This document shows, piece by piece, positions 48,930-59,702 of a DNA stretch of 64,000 bases (position 1 is the stretch's first letter; every line of letters starts with the position of its first letter). The DNA comes from Longimicrobiales bacterium (GTDB lineage: Bacteria > Gemmatimonadota > Gemmatimonadetes > Longimicrobiales > Gaopeijiaceae). The stretch is from contig CBDBCF010000001.1 in NCBI GenBank assembly GCA_965202985.1, forward strand, positions 1,568,001 to 1,632,000, in the 5' to 3' direction. Position numbers and translations under genes: made by a program. Below the pieces are notes generated by a model. That model worked only from the letters and a program-made list of their open reading frames with translations, did not search any database and was not told the origin of the DNA.

Positions 48930-49023
48930 CGTGCCCCCTTGCGGGTTGTCCGTTCGTTCAAGGGTTGCGGCGCCGTTGCGGTTGGGCAATTTTCCGGCGC
49001 CCGGCCCCCCAAAAGAGACGCGC

Positions 49024-49257
<234 letters not shown>

Positions 49258-49275
49258 GCGGTGCACTTCGACTAG

Positions 49276-49305
49276 AAACGCGACGAGGGGGACGGTCTCG
49301 CGTTT
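49276..49305. terminator. Possible terminator hairpin between convergent genes
   Basis: 8-bp stem AAACGCGA ... TCGCGTTT downstream of fdxA. Confidence 0.35.
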
Positions 49306-49348
49306 GACCGCCCCCCTCGCGCTGGGCTGGATCGCCCGGGCTCTCGGA

Positions 49349-49573
49349 TCAGATCCCCAGCTCTCGCAGCCTCTCGAGCCTGATCTGGCTGGGGACCGTC
49401 TCCTCCGGTGGAACCTCGTCCGCCCTCGCCTCCGCAGGCGCGGCACGACTGGTTCCCTGCCGAAGGAGCGCAAGACCCGCCGCCACGAGCGTCGCAGCCC
49501 CCACCAGACTCACGGTGAACTTGCGAATGGCTTCCTCCTTCGCTTTGGGGTTCGTGCCTCCGGGAACGCCCAT
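49349..49573 (-). CDS. Small single-TM hypothetical protein
   Basis: One hydrophobic segment and a C-terminal LERLRELGI; start uncertain. Confidence 0.5.
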   Translation of the reverse strand: MGVPGGTNPKAKEEAIRKFTVSLVGAATLVAAGLALLRQGTSRAAPAEARADEVPPEETVPSQIRLERLRELGI

Positions 49574-49866
49574 CTGTACAGCAACAAACGTGCCAAAGAT
49601 TCTCCGCGCCGTCGCCGCGAGAGTTCGGCACGCCGAAACGCCACATGGCCGCTACCCTTCCGAAGCGTTGCCATGCCTGCCGGCGAGAGGGCTTGCGTGC
49701 GCGGAAAGTCGTGCAACTATTGCGTCGGCCGATGGAAAACCGACCCCCGGGGAGGGCGTGTCCGGGGGTGAGGGCCAAGCCCGGGTTGCCGGCGTGGCGA
49801 CGGACAACGGGCCGTGGGAGCGGCCAAGCCCCGTGGTGACCGCCAATCCGTGGTGACGAGGCCCTC

Positions 49867-51093
49867 GTGACGGGGCCGTCCGACGTGTCCGGCGGGTCGC
49901 GACGCGCTCCCGGCACTCCTGCCGATCCCGTGGCGATGACGCAGGCGCTGGTGCGCGCGCCCTCGGTCAACCCCGAGATAGAGAAGGGCGGGGCTGGCGA
50001 GGAGGAGGTCGCGCGGCTGGCCGCGGGGTGGCTGGCCGGCTGGGGCTACGACGCGACGACGACCGAGGTGGCGCCGGGGCGCTTCAACGTAGTGGCAAGG
50101 CGGGGGGCCGAGAGGGCCGAGGCGGGCGGTCCGGCCGGCAGGGCGCCGGCGCTGCTGCTGAACGGCCACTTGGATACGGTGGGCGTGGCGGGGATGGACC
50201 GGCCGTTCTCGGGGCGCATCGAAGAGGGGCGGCTCCACGGTCGGGGCGCTGCCGACATGAAGGCGGGCGTGGCGTGCATCTTGGCCGCGGCATGGGAGTT
50301 GGCGCGCGAGGAGACGCCCGGCGAGCTGATCGTGGCCCTGACCGCCGACGAGGAACACGCCTCCCTGGGAATGCAGGCGCTGGCGTCGTCCGGGGTCCGG
50401 GCGGACGGCGCGGTGGTCTGCGAGCCCACGGGCCTGGCGGTGATGCCGGCCCACAAGGGCTTCCTTTGGGTGGAGGCCCGAGTGGCGGGCCGGGCGGCCC
50501 ACGGCTCTCGGCCGGACGAAGGCGTGGACGCGATCGCCCGGGCGGGGCACCTGCTGACGGCTCTGGAGGACGAAGCCCGGCGGCTCGGGCGAGAGACGAG
50601 CCATCCCCTGCTGGGGTCGGCGTCCGTTCACGCGGGCACGATGTCGGGAGGGACCGCGCCGTCGGTCTATCCGAGCCGGTGCGACCTGGTGCTGGAGCGG
50701 CGTACCCTGCCCCGCGAGACCAAAGACGGGGTCATGGCGGAGATGGAGGCCATGGTCGCGCGGGCCAAGCGCTCATGTCCCGAGATGGAGGTCCGCGTCG
50801 TGCCCGGCCTGTACCGCGCCGGGACCGAAGTGCCGGCGGACTCGCCGCTTGTGACGGCGCTGGTGGAGGAGTGCCGGCGCGAAGGGTTGCCCGGCGCGGT
50901 GGCCGGGATGTCGGCCTGGGTGGACGCGTGCTTCCTGAACCAGAGCGGGACCCCCGCCGTCTGCTTCGGACCAGGCTCGATCGCGCAGGCGCACACCGAC
51001 GACGAGTGGGTGGCCGTGTCCGAGATCGTCGCGGGCGCAAGGGTGCTGACCAGCTTCGCCCGACGGTTCCTCCGCCCTACCGCGCCCGGCTGA
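49867..51093 (+). CDS. M20 family ArgE/DapE-like deacylase
   Basis: NGHLDTV, GRGAADMK, DEE, EPT, AHGS and AHTDDE motifs. Confidence 0.93.
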   Translation: MTGPSDVSGGSRRAPGTPADPVAMTQALVRAPSVNPEIEKGGAGEEEVARLAAGWLAGWGYDATTTEVAPGRFNVVARRGAERAEAGGPAGRAPALLLNGHLDTVGVAGMDRPFSGRIEEGRLHGRGAADMKAGVACILAAAWELAREETPGELIVALTADEEHASLGMQALASSGVRADGAVVCEPTGLAVMPAHKGFLWVEARVAGRAAHGSRPDEGVDAIARAGHLLTALEDEARRLGRETSHPLLGSASVHAGTMSGGTAPSVYPSRCDLVLERRTLPRETKDGVMAEMEAMVARAKRSCPEMEVRVVPGLYRAGTEVPADSPLVTALVEECRREGLPGAVAGMSAWVDACFLNQSGTPAVCFGPGSIAQAHTDDEWVAVSEIVAGARVLTSFARRFLRPTAPG

Positions 51094-51454
51094 CGACTTC
51101 GATGGCGCCGTTGGGGAAGTTGGTGCCGAACCGCATGGTCGCGTCGGAGGCGCTCATGTACCGCAGCGATTCCACGTCGGCCACCGAGATCGCCGACAGG
51201 CCCTCCAGACTGCCCATCCGCGCACCGTCCATGATGAGCTGGGGCGCGCCGCCGCCCCGGGCCCGGAGCCAGCGCGGCCGCAACCGCCGGATCACGTCGT
51301 GGGCCGTCAAGGTGGTGTATTCGGCCAGCTCTTCGGCCGTGATGAGGTTGGGGTCCCGCCGGGGTCCGTCGGAGCCGCCGCCTCCGCCGCTGGCGCAAGC
51401 GGCCAAGCCGACAACGGCGCCCAGCAGGAGGACCAGGGGCAAGCCCGCACGCAT
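51077..51454 (-). CDS. Small lipoprotein consisting of a stand-alone TonB-plug-like domain
   Basis: LAAC lipobox, ITAEEL, LRPRWL, DG and ATMRFG..GAIEV motifs. Confidence 0.75.
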   Translation of the reverse strand: MRAGLPLVLLLGAVVGLAACASGGGGGSDGPRRDPNLITAEELAEYTTLTAHDVIRRLRPRWLRARGGGAPQLIMDGARMGSLEGLSAISVADVESLRYMSASDATMRFGTNFPNGAIEVVSRAR

Positions 51455-51591
51455 GGGCGGCATTCCGTTCGCAAATCGCATCTGCTGTCTCCTTCGTCGC
51501 AGGGGATTGGGGGGCGAACCCTTCGTCCCTTGGCCCGAACGACGCGGGGGACGCTAGGTTCCACTTCAACAGTAACCCAAGGAGCGCGGAA

Positions 51592-51759
51592 ATGAACAGC
51601 CGAAGCCCCGAGGCGAAGCGGGCCGGCGCGCCCACCGAGGGCCCCGGGCGGCAGCCGAAAGAAGGGGCGTCCGCGCGCTGGACGCTGATCCGCGTGATCG
51701 TCGCCCAACTCGTGGCCCTGGGGCTGCTGTGGCTCCTCCAGGCCCGCTACCACATCTGA
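51592..51759 (+). CDS. 55-aa single-TM protein preceding the SSS transporter
   Basis: Too short for the ORF track. AAGGAG RBS; MNSRSPEAKRAGAPTEGPGRQPKEGASARWTLIRVIVAQLVALGLLWLLQARYHI*. Confidence 0.7.
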   Translation: MNSRSPEAKRAGAPTEGPGRQPKEGASARWTLIRVIVAQLVALGLLWLLQARYHI

Positions 51760-51777
51760 TCAGGGCGCGACCGCACA

Positions 51778-53463
51778 GTGCATCCCGTCAGCTGGGTCGT
51801 CGTTCTGGGCTACTTGGGCTACGTCGTCGTGGACGGCATCCGCCGGTCCAAGGGCGCCCGCAACCTGGACGGGTACCTGCTGGCCAACCGCGCGCTGCCG
51901 TGGTGGGCCGTCGGCCTGTCCGTGATGGCCACCCAGCTGTCGGCGGTGACGCTGATCGGCACGACCGGCCAAGGCGCCACCGACGGTCTCCGCTTCGTCC
52001 AGTTCTACTTCGGCCTCCCCCTGGCGATGGTGATCCTGGGCGTCACCCTGGTTCCGCTGCTGCGCGGCGCGGGCGTCTACACGGCGTACGAGTACCTGGA
52101 GCGGCGCTTCGGCGCCCCCGTCGGAACGCTGGCGGCGTGCCTGTTCCTTGTGGGCAGGGGCATGTCGTGCGGCGTCATCATCTCGGCGCCCGCCGTGGTC
52201 TTCGCCGCCATCTTCGGCTGGCCGCTGGCGTGGTGCGTGGCGCTGATCGGCGTGCCGGCGGTGCTCTACACGGTGGTGGGCGGCGTGCAAGCCGTCACCT
52301 GGGCCGACGTCAAGCAGATGGTGCTGATCGTCGTGGCCGTGGCGGCGGTCGTGGTCGTCCTTCTGGTGCAGATGCCCGTGTCTCCCGGCGAAGCCCTTCG
52401 CATCGCGGGCGCCACCGGCCGCCTCCAAGTCTTCGACTTCTCGTTCTCGGCGACCGAGACCTACACCTTCTGGTCCGGCCTGATCGGCGGCGCCTTCCTG
52501 ATGCTGTCCTACTTCGGCACCGACCAAAGCCAAGTGCAGCGCTACCTGGCCGCCAACTCCGTGAACGCCGCGCGCAAGTCCCTTCTGGTCAGCGCCTACT
52601 GGAAGGTCCCTCTGCAGGCGATGGTGCTGCTGGTCGGCGTGCTGGTCTTCGTCTACTACCAGTTCCGGGAGCCGCCGCTGCTCTTCAACCCGGCCCACCA
52701 AGCCGCCGTTCAAGCCGAGCGGGGCGACGAGTACGAGGCCCTTCAGCAGCGCTTCGGCAACGCGCTGGCGCTGCGCGAAGAGGCGGCCCTTCGAACCGCC
52801 GACGCGCCGGACCAAGCCGAAGCGCGGGCGGCGATGGCGGCCTTTCTGGCGCGCGAAGCGTCGGTCCAGGAGGTGCGCGACGAAGCGCTGGCGATGGCGG
52901 AGGAAGTGACCGGCGAGTCGTCCCGAGACGTGAACTACATCATTCCCCGTTTCGTGCTGAACGAGCTTCCCGTAGGGCTGGCCGGGCTGTTCGTGGCCGC
53001 CGTGATCGCCGCGGCGATGTCCAGCATTTCGTCGGAGCTGAACTCCCTTTCCGCCGCCAGCGTGGTGAACGTGTACCGGCGATGGGTGCGCCCCCGCGCC
53101 ACCGACGCGCACTACCTGACGGTTTCCAGGGCGGCCACGCTGTTCTGGGGGCTGTTCGCCTCCGTCGTCGCTCTTTACGCCGTGTCGCTGGGTTCGCTCA
53201 TCGAAGTCGTGAACAAGTACGGCTCGTACTTCTACGGACCGATCCTGGGCGTCTTCCTGCTTGCGCTTATCCCTTGGGCGGGGGGCGGCGGCGCACTCTT
53301 GGGCATCGTCGCCGGGGCCGCGGCGGTGTGGACGACCGCATGGCTGGCGCCGGAGGTGTCGTTCCTGTGGTACAACGTGATCGGCTCGGGGACGGTGGTG
53401 CTCGTGGGGATGGCGGTGGGGTTGGCTGCGGGACGAGGCGGCGCGGGGAGAGGAAGAGCGTGA
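51778..53463 (+). CDS. Sodium:solute symporter (SSS)
   Basis: LPWWAVGLSVMATQLSA, YEYLERRF, GTDQSQVQRYL and AAAMSS..SELNSL motifs. Confidence 0.95.
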   Translation: MHPVSWVVVLGYLGYVVVDGIRRSKGARNLDGYLLANRALPWWAVGLSVMATQLSAVTLIGTTGQGATDGLRFVQFYFGLPLAMVILGVTLVPLLRGAGVYTAYEYLERRFGAPVGTLAACLFLVGRGMSCGVIISAPAVVFAAIFGWPLAWCVALIGVPAVLYTVVGGVQAVTWADVKQMVLIVVAVAAVVVVLLVQMPVSPGEALRIAGATGRLQVFDFSFSATETYTFWSGLIGGAFLMLSYFGTDQSQVQRYLAANSVNAARKSLLVSAYWKVPLQAMVLLVGVLVFVYYQFREPPLLFNPAHQAAVQAERGDEYEALQQRFGNALALREEAALRTADAPDQAEARAAMAAFLAREASVQEVRDEALAMAEEVTGESSRDVNYIIPRFVLNELPVGLAGLFVAAVIAAAMSSISSELNSLSAASVVNVYRRWVRPRATDAHYLTVSRAATLFWGLFASVVALYAVSLGSLIEVVNKYGSYFYGPILGVFLLALIPWAGGGGALLGIVAGAAAVWTTAWLAPEVSFLWYNVIGSGTVVLVGMAVGLAAGRGGAGRGRA

Positions 53464-54218
53464 GTGAGAGTGGTCGGAAGACTAGGACGACCCGTGAGAT
53501 ACCGGACGCGATCCACGCAGACGCTTTGCGGACGGCCCGAATCAAGGGAGGAGCGAGGCCGGGGATCGCGCTAAGCAAGAATCGAATCTTGGCGTTGCTC
53601 GGGTTGCGCGAGGAATGGAAGCGGCCCGATGAGGTCTACTCCGACGAGGCTTGGGAAATCTGCATCATCTGGCGCAGCGGGTACGGCAAGGTCGAGATCG
53701 GCACCGCCGAGGACGGCAGCGTCGGATACTACGTCAGCCGCACGCTGAGCGAGAAGAGCGAGAAAGGGAGCTTCCTGGAGCACAGCCTGGGTGGCGACTC
53801 CGACGGAAGACGCGTCAAGTCGCTCGGCAGGGTTTCCGGTCGCGTCGAGGCGTTGAACATCCATGACAAGATGGTTTGCTACGTCTATCCGGTTTCCGAT
53901 CCCGTGCGCATCGCTTATCGTTTCGCCGAGAACATTCTCGATTCGAGTTGCGGCGGCCATCGGCCGCTACGTGACGTTAACGGTATGACAATTATGACTG
54001 GTTGCGATCCTTTGCGCGCCCCTTCGACTCGCGCAGAGTGCTCCTGGACGCCGTGTGACAGATTCTCGGCCAGATTCCTAGGTGAATCTGTCACAACTGA
54101 TGATCGACGGACGCGGAGGCTTGGTGGCTTTCGGAGTAGGGGGTTGTGGCGGACGCATGGAGTCGAGTATCTTGCGGCAGCGCACCTCGAAACCCCCGGG
54201 ATGGAGACACAAACATGA
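53460..54218 (+). pseudogene. Probable mosaic/degenerate ORF at the left edge of the R-M island
   Basis: GTGA overlap with the SSS stop; patches of coding-like sequence (SLGRVSGRVEALNIH..YVYPV) decay into non-coding-like sequence. Confidence 0.35.
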
Positions 54219-54268
54219 GCGACACATTCGGCTGGCATCGGCACCCTACCACTCGAAGGCGAAGCGAG

Positions 54269-54754
54269 GTGTCGATCTCGTACACGGATCAACAGATCAA
54301 GGAGATGCTGGCGGAGCACAAGCAACCTCCAGTTGACACCTGTCTTCCGCTCAGCCTCACGCGCAAGCGCATCCACAACGAACGGAATCTTGATCTTCAA
54401 GGTGATTCGGGAGCGAAGTACCGGCTGATTCTGCGGCAGAACACGAGCAATGCCTTTGATTTCTCCGTCATTCTTGCTCGAGAACTGCCCGGATCCGGCG
54501 ATGTGTTTCGTCTCAGGCGACATAATGGCAAGGGCCATGAGCACAAGAACAAGATCGAGGGCGACGTCGTCTACGACCATCATATCCATTATGCTACTGA
54601 GAGATACCAGAAACGTGGCTTCGACGAAGACGGCTATGCGGAAGCAACCGATCGATATAGCACCATTGACGAAGCTGTCGACTGCATGATCAAGACTGGC
54701 AACATCACCATTCTTCCGGCCGTCCAACGGGAACTATTCTGGGGAGCCATCTAA
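54269..54754 (+). CDS. DUF6978-like protein (R..NG..H.N..HIH..E motif)
   Basis: [31 protein letters not shown] overlap with the next gene; start uncertain. Confidence 0.6.
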   Translation: MSISYTDQQIKEMLAEHKQPPVDTCLPLSLTRKRIHNERNLDLQGDSGAKYRLILRQNTSNAFDFSVILARELPGSGDVFRLRRHNGKGHEHKNKIEGDVVYDHHIHYATERYQKRGFDEDGYAEATDRYSTIDEAVDCMIKTGNITILPAVQRELFWGAI

Positions 54755-55548
54755 TGACAAGAGAATGCATCGAGGCGGAGTTTAGGCAGAAGGTGGCGGC
54801 AGAGATCCGCATCGCACCTGAGGGTGTCGACAGATATCGCGTATTTACGCCCTTTCAGTTTGATGACGGAGACCGTTTCTCGATCGTCTTGAAGCGAGAG
54901 AAGGCGCAATGGCTGTTGTCGGACGAGGCACATACATACATGCACATGAGCTACGATATTGATGTCGACGAGCTGCATAAAGGTCGGCGCAAGGCACTCA
55001 TAACCAAAGCACTCACGATGTTCGGCGTCGAGAATCGAAATGGAGAGCTCGTTATCGATGTAGCGAAGCGCGACTACGGCGAATGTCTCTATTCGTTCGT
55101 GCAGGCGTTGCTGAAGATATCAGATGTATCCTATGTGACGCGTCCGAGAACAAAGTCTGCGTTTGCCGATGATTTTCGTGACTTGTTGTCGGAAGTAGTT
55201 CCAGTAGACCGCCGAGACTTCGAATGGCATGATCAAGAGCGCGACCCAAAGGGGAAATACACCGTTGATTGCCGGATCAACGGGGCGCATCCGCCGCTTG
55301 TCGTGCATGCACTCCCGAACGACGGTCGAACCCGAGATGCGACGATCACGCTGCTGACGTTCGAGAAATGGGGAATGCCGTTTCGGTCGCTGGCAATCTT
55401 TGAAGACCAAGAATCAATCAGCCGAAACGTACTGGCACGGTTCAGCGATGTTTGCGAAAAGCAATTCTCAAGCTTGTCTGCCGGTCGCTCTCGCCTTTCT
55501 CGTTTCCTGGAGCCGTACCTGGAGACGCGGGCCAAAGGCGCACCGTGA
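54754..55548 (+). CDS. DUF1828/DUF1829-like protein
   Basis: [25 protein letters not shown], then F.DDF..YTVDC (degenerate restriction-endonuclease-like C-terminus). Confidence 0.7.
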   Translation: MTRECIEAEFRQKVAAEIRIAPEGVDRYRVFTPFQFDDGDRFSIVLKREKAQWLLSDEAHTYMHMSYDIDVDELHKGRRKALITKALTMFGVENRNGELVIDVAKRDYGECLYSFVQALLKISDVSYVTRPRTKSAFADDFRDLLSEVVPVDRRDFEWHDQERDPKGKYTVDCRINGAHPPLVVHALPNDGRTRDATITLLTFEKWGMPFRSLAIFEDQESISRNVLARFSDVCEKQFSSLSAGRSRLSRFLEPYLETRAKGAP

Positions 55549-57701
55549 CCCACGACCAGCTGGGCTGGATCGCCAACTATATCTGGGGCATCGCCGACGA
55601 CATGCTCCGGGACCTGTGGGAGCGTGGCAAGTACCGGGACGTGATCCTGCCCATGATCGTGCTCCGCCGACTGGACGTAGTGCTGGAGCCAACCAAGCAG
55701 GCGGTGCTGGAACGGAAGGCGATGCTGGACCAAGCCGGCGTCGCCAACCAGGACGACGGACTGCGCGCCGCGGCGGGCCAGGCGTTCTACAACTCGTCCC
55801 CCTTCACCATGCAGGACCTGAAGGCGCGAGCCAGCCAGCAGCAGCTCCGAGCCGACTTCGAGGCCTATTTGGACGGCTTCTCGCCCAACGTCCAGGAGAT
55901 CATCGACAACTTCGAGTTCCGCAACCAGGTCTCACGCCTTTCCAGGGCCGACGTGCTGGGATCGCTGATCGAGAAGCTGACTTCGCCCGACGTGAATCTG
56001 GGGCCGGAGCCAGTGCGCAAGCCCAACGGGACCGTCAAGCACCCCGGCCTCGACAATCACGGCATGGGCACGATCTTCGAGGAGTTGGTGCGGCGCTTCA
56101 ACGAAGAGAACAACGAGCAGGCCGGCCAGCACTGGACGCCGCGCGACGCCGTGCAGCTCATGGCTAAGCTCGTCTTTCTGCCGGTGGCGGACGAGATCAC
56201 GCCTGGCACCTACTTGCTATACGATGGTGCCTGCGGAACCGGCGGAATGCTGACCGTGGCTGAGGAGACGTTGCAGGCGCTGGCCGAGGAGCGCGGCAAG
56301 AAGGTGACCACGCACCTGTACGGCCAGGAGATCAGCGCCGAGACCTACGCGATCTGCAAGGCCGACCTGCTCCTGAAGGGCGAAGGCGAGGCGGCCGACA
56401 ACATCGTGGGCGGTCCCGAGCACTCGACCCTGTCCAACGACGCCTTCCCCGACAAGGAGTTCGACTTCATGCTGTCGAACCCGCCCTACGGGAAGAGCTG
56501 GAAGAGCGACTTGCAGCGCATGGGTGGCAAGCGCGACATGCACGACCCCCGCTTCGTGATCCAGCACGGCTCCGACCCCGAGTTCTCGCTTGCGACCCGC
56601 GTCAGCGACGGCCAGATGCTCTTCCTCGCCAACATGCTGAGCAAGATGAAGCGGGACACGCCGCTGGGCAGCCGGATCGCCGAGGTCCACAACGGCAGCT
56701 CGCTCTTCACCGGCGGCGCGGGCCAAGGCGAGAGCAACATCCGCCAGTGGATCATCGAGAACGACTGGCTGGAGGCGATTGTGGCGCTCCCGCTGAACAT
56801 GTTCTACAACACCGGCATCGCGACCTACATCTGGCTTCTGACCAATCGCAAGGCCGAGCATCGCGTCGGCAAGGTCCAGCTCATCGACGCCACGCAGTGG
56901 TTCACGCCCCTGCGGAAGAACCTGGGTAAGAAGAACTGCGAGCTGTCGGAAGACGACATCCAGCGCGTATGCGACGTGTTCTCGGCGTTCGAGGAGACGG
57001 AGGAGTCGAAGATCTTCGACAACGACGCCTTCGGGCACCGCAGGGTGACCGTCGAGCGCCCGTTGCGGATCGACGGCGCGGAACCCGAGCGCGTCTACAA
57101 GGCCGCGGAGATCAAGCGGCTGAAGGAGGATGGCGAGCGCGACCCGGAGGCGGCACCGGTGATTCGGCGGGCGTGGAAGAAGGGCGTCGAAGCCGATCCG
57201 CTGGCGGGCCGGTTCGAGGCTACCGTGGACGGCGCGCCAGCAGTCGTGGAGTACGAGCCGGACCCCGACTTGCGAGACACCGAGCAGGTTCCTCTGACCG
57301 ACGACGGGGGCGTGGAGGGCTTCCTGCGCCGGCAGGTCCTGCCTGAAGTGCCCGACGCCTGGTACCGTCCCGACTCGATGAAGACGGGGTACGAGATCAA
57401 CTTCACCCGGCACTTCTACAAGCCGAAGCCGATGCGGTCGCTGGCGAAGATTCGGGGGGACATCCTAACCACCCGGCGGCGGGCGGACGCGTTGCTGGCT
57501 AGCCTGGTGGCCGAGTCCCAAGCAAAGTCCTACGGGGCACGATTGCGGATCTACGTGGACACGAGCGTCGTGGGCGGCTGCTACGACGAGGATTTCCAGG
57601 GGCCCTCGCGCCGGTTGTTCGAGGCGTTCGTTCGCGGGGATTACACGCTACTTTTGTCGCAACTGACCACTGACGAGCTACAGCTAGCAGCCCGTGGATA
57701 A
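55545..57701 (+). CDS. hsdM: Type I R-M methyltransferase HsdM with an in-frame C-terminal PIN-domain extension truncated by IS
   Basis: [56 protein letters not shown] and GYEINF..FY, followed by [19 protein letters not shown]. Confidence 0.93.
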   Translation: MTHDQLGWIANYIWGIADDMLRDLWERGKYRDVILPMIVLRRLDVVLEPTKQAVLERKAMLDQAGVANQDDGLRAAAGQAFYNSSPFTMQDLKARASQQQLRADFEAYLDGFSPNVQEIIDNFEFRNQVSRLSRADVLGSLIEKLTSPDVNLGPEPVRKPNGTVKHPGLDNHGMGTIFEELVRRFNEENNEQAGQHWTPRDAVQLMAKLVFLPVADEITPGTYLLYDGACGTGGMLTVAEETLQALAEERGKKVTTHLYGQEISAETYAICKADLLLKGEGEAADNIVGGPEHSTLSNDAFPDKEFDFMLSNPPYGKSWKSDLQRMGGKRDMHDPRFVIQHGSDPEFSLATRVSDGQMLFLANMLSKMKRDTPLGSRIAEVHNGSSLFTGGAGQGESNIRQWIIENDWLEAIVALPLNMFYNTGIATYIWLLTNRKAEHRVGKVQLIDATQWFTPLRKNLGKKNCELSEDDIQRVCDVFSAFEETEESKIFDNDAFGHRRVTVERPLRIDGAEPERVYKAAEIKRLKEDGERDPEAAPVIRRAWKKGVEADPLAGRFEATVDGAPAVVEYEPDPDLRDTEQVPLTDDGGVEGFLRRQVLPEVPDAWYRPDSMKTGYEINFTRHFYKPKPMRSLAKIRGDILTTRRRADALLASLVAESQAKSYGARLRIYVDTSVVGGCYDEDFQGPSRRLFEAFVRGDYTLLLSQLTTDELQLAARG

Positions 57702-59216
57702 ACGGGTTTGGCGCGTGCGCGACGGAACTTGGCGGGACACGGGCGTTTACCGGGCTCTCGACGGCGCGAACGCGCGGAATTCGCGGAATTGGGCTCGAAG
57801 CGGCCCCAGGAGGCGCTCGAGCGGCCCGGGAGCGGCCAATGGGCGGCAAAATCGGCGCAAAACGCGGGATGTGGCACCCGTCGCGCAGGAATCGAGCACA
57901 GCTTGCGCTGCGGCGGGGCGGCCCTGCAGGCCCCGAGGCGTGCCGACGCCGAAGCGTCTTCGCATGAGCAGTCCGAGGTTGAAGGCGGCGACGTGAATCA
58001 GCATCCGCTTGCGGATGTCCTCGTGGCCGCGAACGTGCACGCGGCGAAGCCCGCCCGTCTCCAGCAGGTGCGCGAACGAGCGCTCGAGCTTCTCGCCCCG
58101 CATCCTCAGCAGCGCCTTGCCGCGCTCGCCCCGAATCCGCCGCCGGTTCGCGTAGACCGGCTTCTGGGCTTCCTTGTTCTGCTTCCAGCTCCGCCGACCG
58201 CGCTCGGGCTCGCTCACGTAGCCGCGCAGCCCGCGGTCCTCCAACTCCGTCATCGTCCTGTTCGAGTGATAGCCCTTGTCGCACACCACTTCCGCCGCCC
58301 CAGCACCCAGCTCCGCCAGCCGCCGCTCCGCCTCGTCCAGCGTCTCCGGCAGCGACGCCGCGTCGCCCCCGTCCGTCGTCTGCACCGTCACGCCCACCAC
58401 CGCGCCCGACTCCAGGTCCACCGCCTGCTCCAGCTTGTGACCAAGCCGCGTGCGCCCGTCCTTCATCTTCGTGATCCGCGCCTCCGGGTCCCCCGGATGC
58501 ACCCACTCCGCGTTCGACCCCTTCTTCGGACGCCTCCGGTCCAGCTTCGCCAACTCCGCGCGCGTCGGCGTCTCGATCCCCGACGCCCGCGCCAGCTCCC
58601 GCAGCCACGCCTCGTAGCCCGTGCCCGCGTCCCGACGCACGATCGAGCGCATCGCCGCGTTCGCCTCCAAAGTCGTCGAGTCCACCCCCAGCGTCCCGCC
58701 CCCCAGCAGCCCCGAGTCGTCCACCAGCCGCAGCACGCGCGCGAACACCGCGACGTGCGCCTCCACGCTCAGCCGCTTGCGCGTCTTCGACAGGCTCGAA
58801 TGGTCCGGCGGGTTCCTCGTCAGCTCGTACCCCAGGAACGCCCGCACCGAAAACGAGTCCCTGCACCGCCAGGCGATGCCCCGCTCCGACGAGATGCCCT
58901 CCAAGTACCCCACCATCAGCGCCCGGAAGTACACACTCGGAGGAACTCCCGGCCGACCCACGTTGCCCGCGTAGAACTCGGCGCACGCCTCCTCCGCGAA
59001 CTCGTCGAACCCGTCCTCCCGCAACAGCTTGTCCAGCGCGCGGTAGAACGGATGCTCGGTCACGCTGATCTCGCTGGTCGCCACGAACAGCGCCTCCTGG
59101 CGCACGCTCGGACGCTTGCCCAACGCCATCGCCGTCCTCCTTCCAGGGAATCGTCGCCTCCCTCCAATCTAACCCCTATCCCCAACGCCGCCCGGAAGGA
59201 CTTTATCCACGGGCTG
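57688..59216 (-). mobile_element. IS1182-like insertion sequence, copy 2 (1529 bp)
   Basis: Same 15-bp IRs as copy 1; CTAG duplicated at 57684-87 and 59217-20. Confidence 0.93.
57747..59129 (-). CDS. IS1182/IS5-like DDE transposase
   Basis: 460 aa, near-identical to 2883-4265, with differences confined to the C-terminal half. Confidence 0.9.
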   Translation of the reverse strand: MALGKRPSVRQEALFVATSEISVTEHPFYRALDKLLREDGFDEFAEEACAEFYAGNVGRPGVPPSVYFRALMVGYLEGISSERGIAWRCRDSFSVRAFLGYELTRNPPDHSSLSKTRKRLSVEAHVAVFARVLRLVDDSGLLGGGTLGVDSTTLEANAAMRSIVRRDAGTGYEAWLRELARASGIETPTRAELAKLDRRRPKKGSNAEWVHPGDPEARITKMKDGRTRLGHKLEQAVDLESGAVVGVTVQTTDGGDAASLPETLDEAERRLAELGAGAAEVVCDKGYHSNRTMTELEDRGLRGYVSEPERGRRSWKQNKEAQKPVYANRRRIRGERGKALLRMRGEKLERSFAHLLETGGLRRVHVRGHEDIRKRMLIHVAAFNLGLLMRRRFGVGTPRGLQGRPAAAQAVLDSCATGATSRVLRRFCRPLAAPGPLERLLGPLRAQFREFRAFAPSRAR

Positions 59217-59506
59217 CTAGCACGTCCAGACGTGAGAGCGACGATCCAGCGCGTTCCTGACTCTCACGTCGAGCGAAGCAGCTCGCCCAAGCCTATGTCC
59301 AGGCGGGAGCCCTGGCCAAGTCCATGAATTCCGACGCCCTGCATATTGCCCTGGCTACGTTGGCCCGGGCAGACTTCTTGACGAGCTGGAACTTCAAGCA
59401 CATCGTTAATCGGAAGCGGAGTCGCATCTGCAATGCCGTCAACTTGACGCGAGGCCATTCACCCATCACCATCCGTGCACCATGGGAGATCGAACATCAT
59501 GAGTAG
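59217..59506 (+). pseudogene. 3' half of the PIN (VapC-like) domain
   Basis: Continues the HsdM frame once the IS is removed (LARPDVRATIQRVPDSHVE). After a frameshift it reads AKQLAQAYVQAGAL..DALHIALATLARADFLTSWNFKHIVN. Confidence 0.85.
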
Positions 59507-59702
59507 CACCGACAGCAAGCCCTTCAGCTACGTCCGTCATCTCCGCGAGATACGAGACGAAAACAACAAGAAGATGGAAGGCATGAGCTACCGCGAACTC
59601 ATGGACTGGCTCAATTCGAAGGAGTACACCGACCCGACTCTCCGCCGATGGGCCGCCAAGTGCCGCCAAGCAGAGGCCGCGCTGGATAGGTCTCCACGAT
59701 GA
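59499..59702 (+). CDS. Small putative antitoxin downstream of PIN
   Basis: 67 aa, overlaps the PIN stop; helical pattern FSYVRHLREIRDE..MEGMSYRELMDWL. Confidence 0.6.
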   Translation: MSSTDSKPFSYVRHLREIRDENNKKMEGMSYRELMDWLNSKEYTDPTLRRWAAKCRQAEAALDRSPR

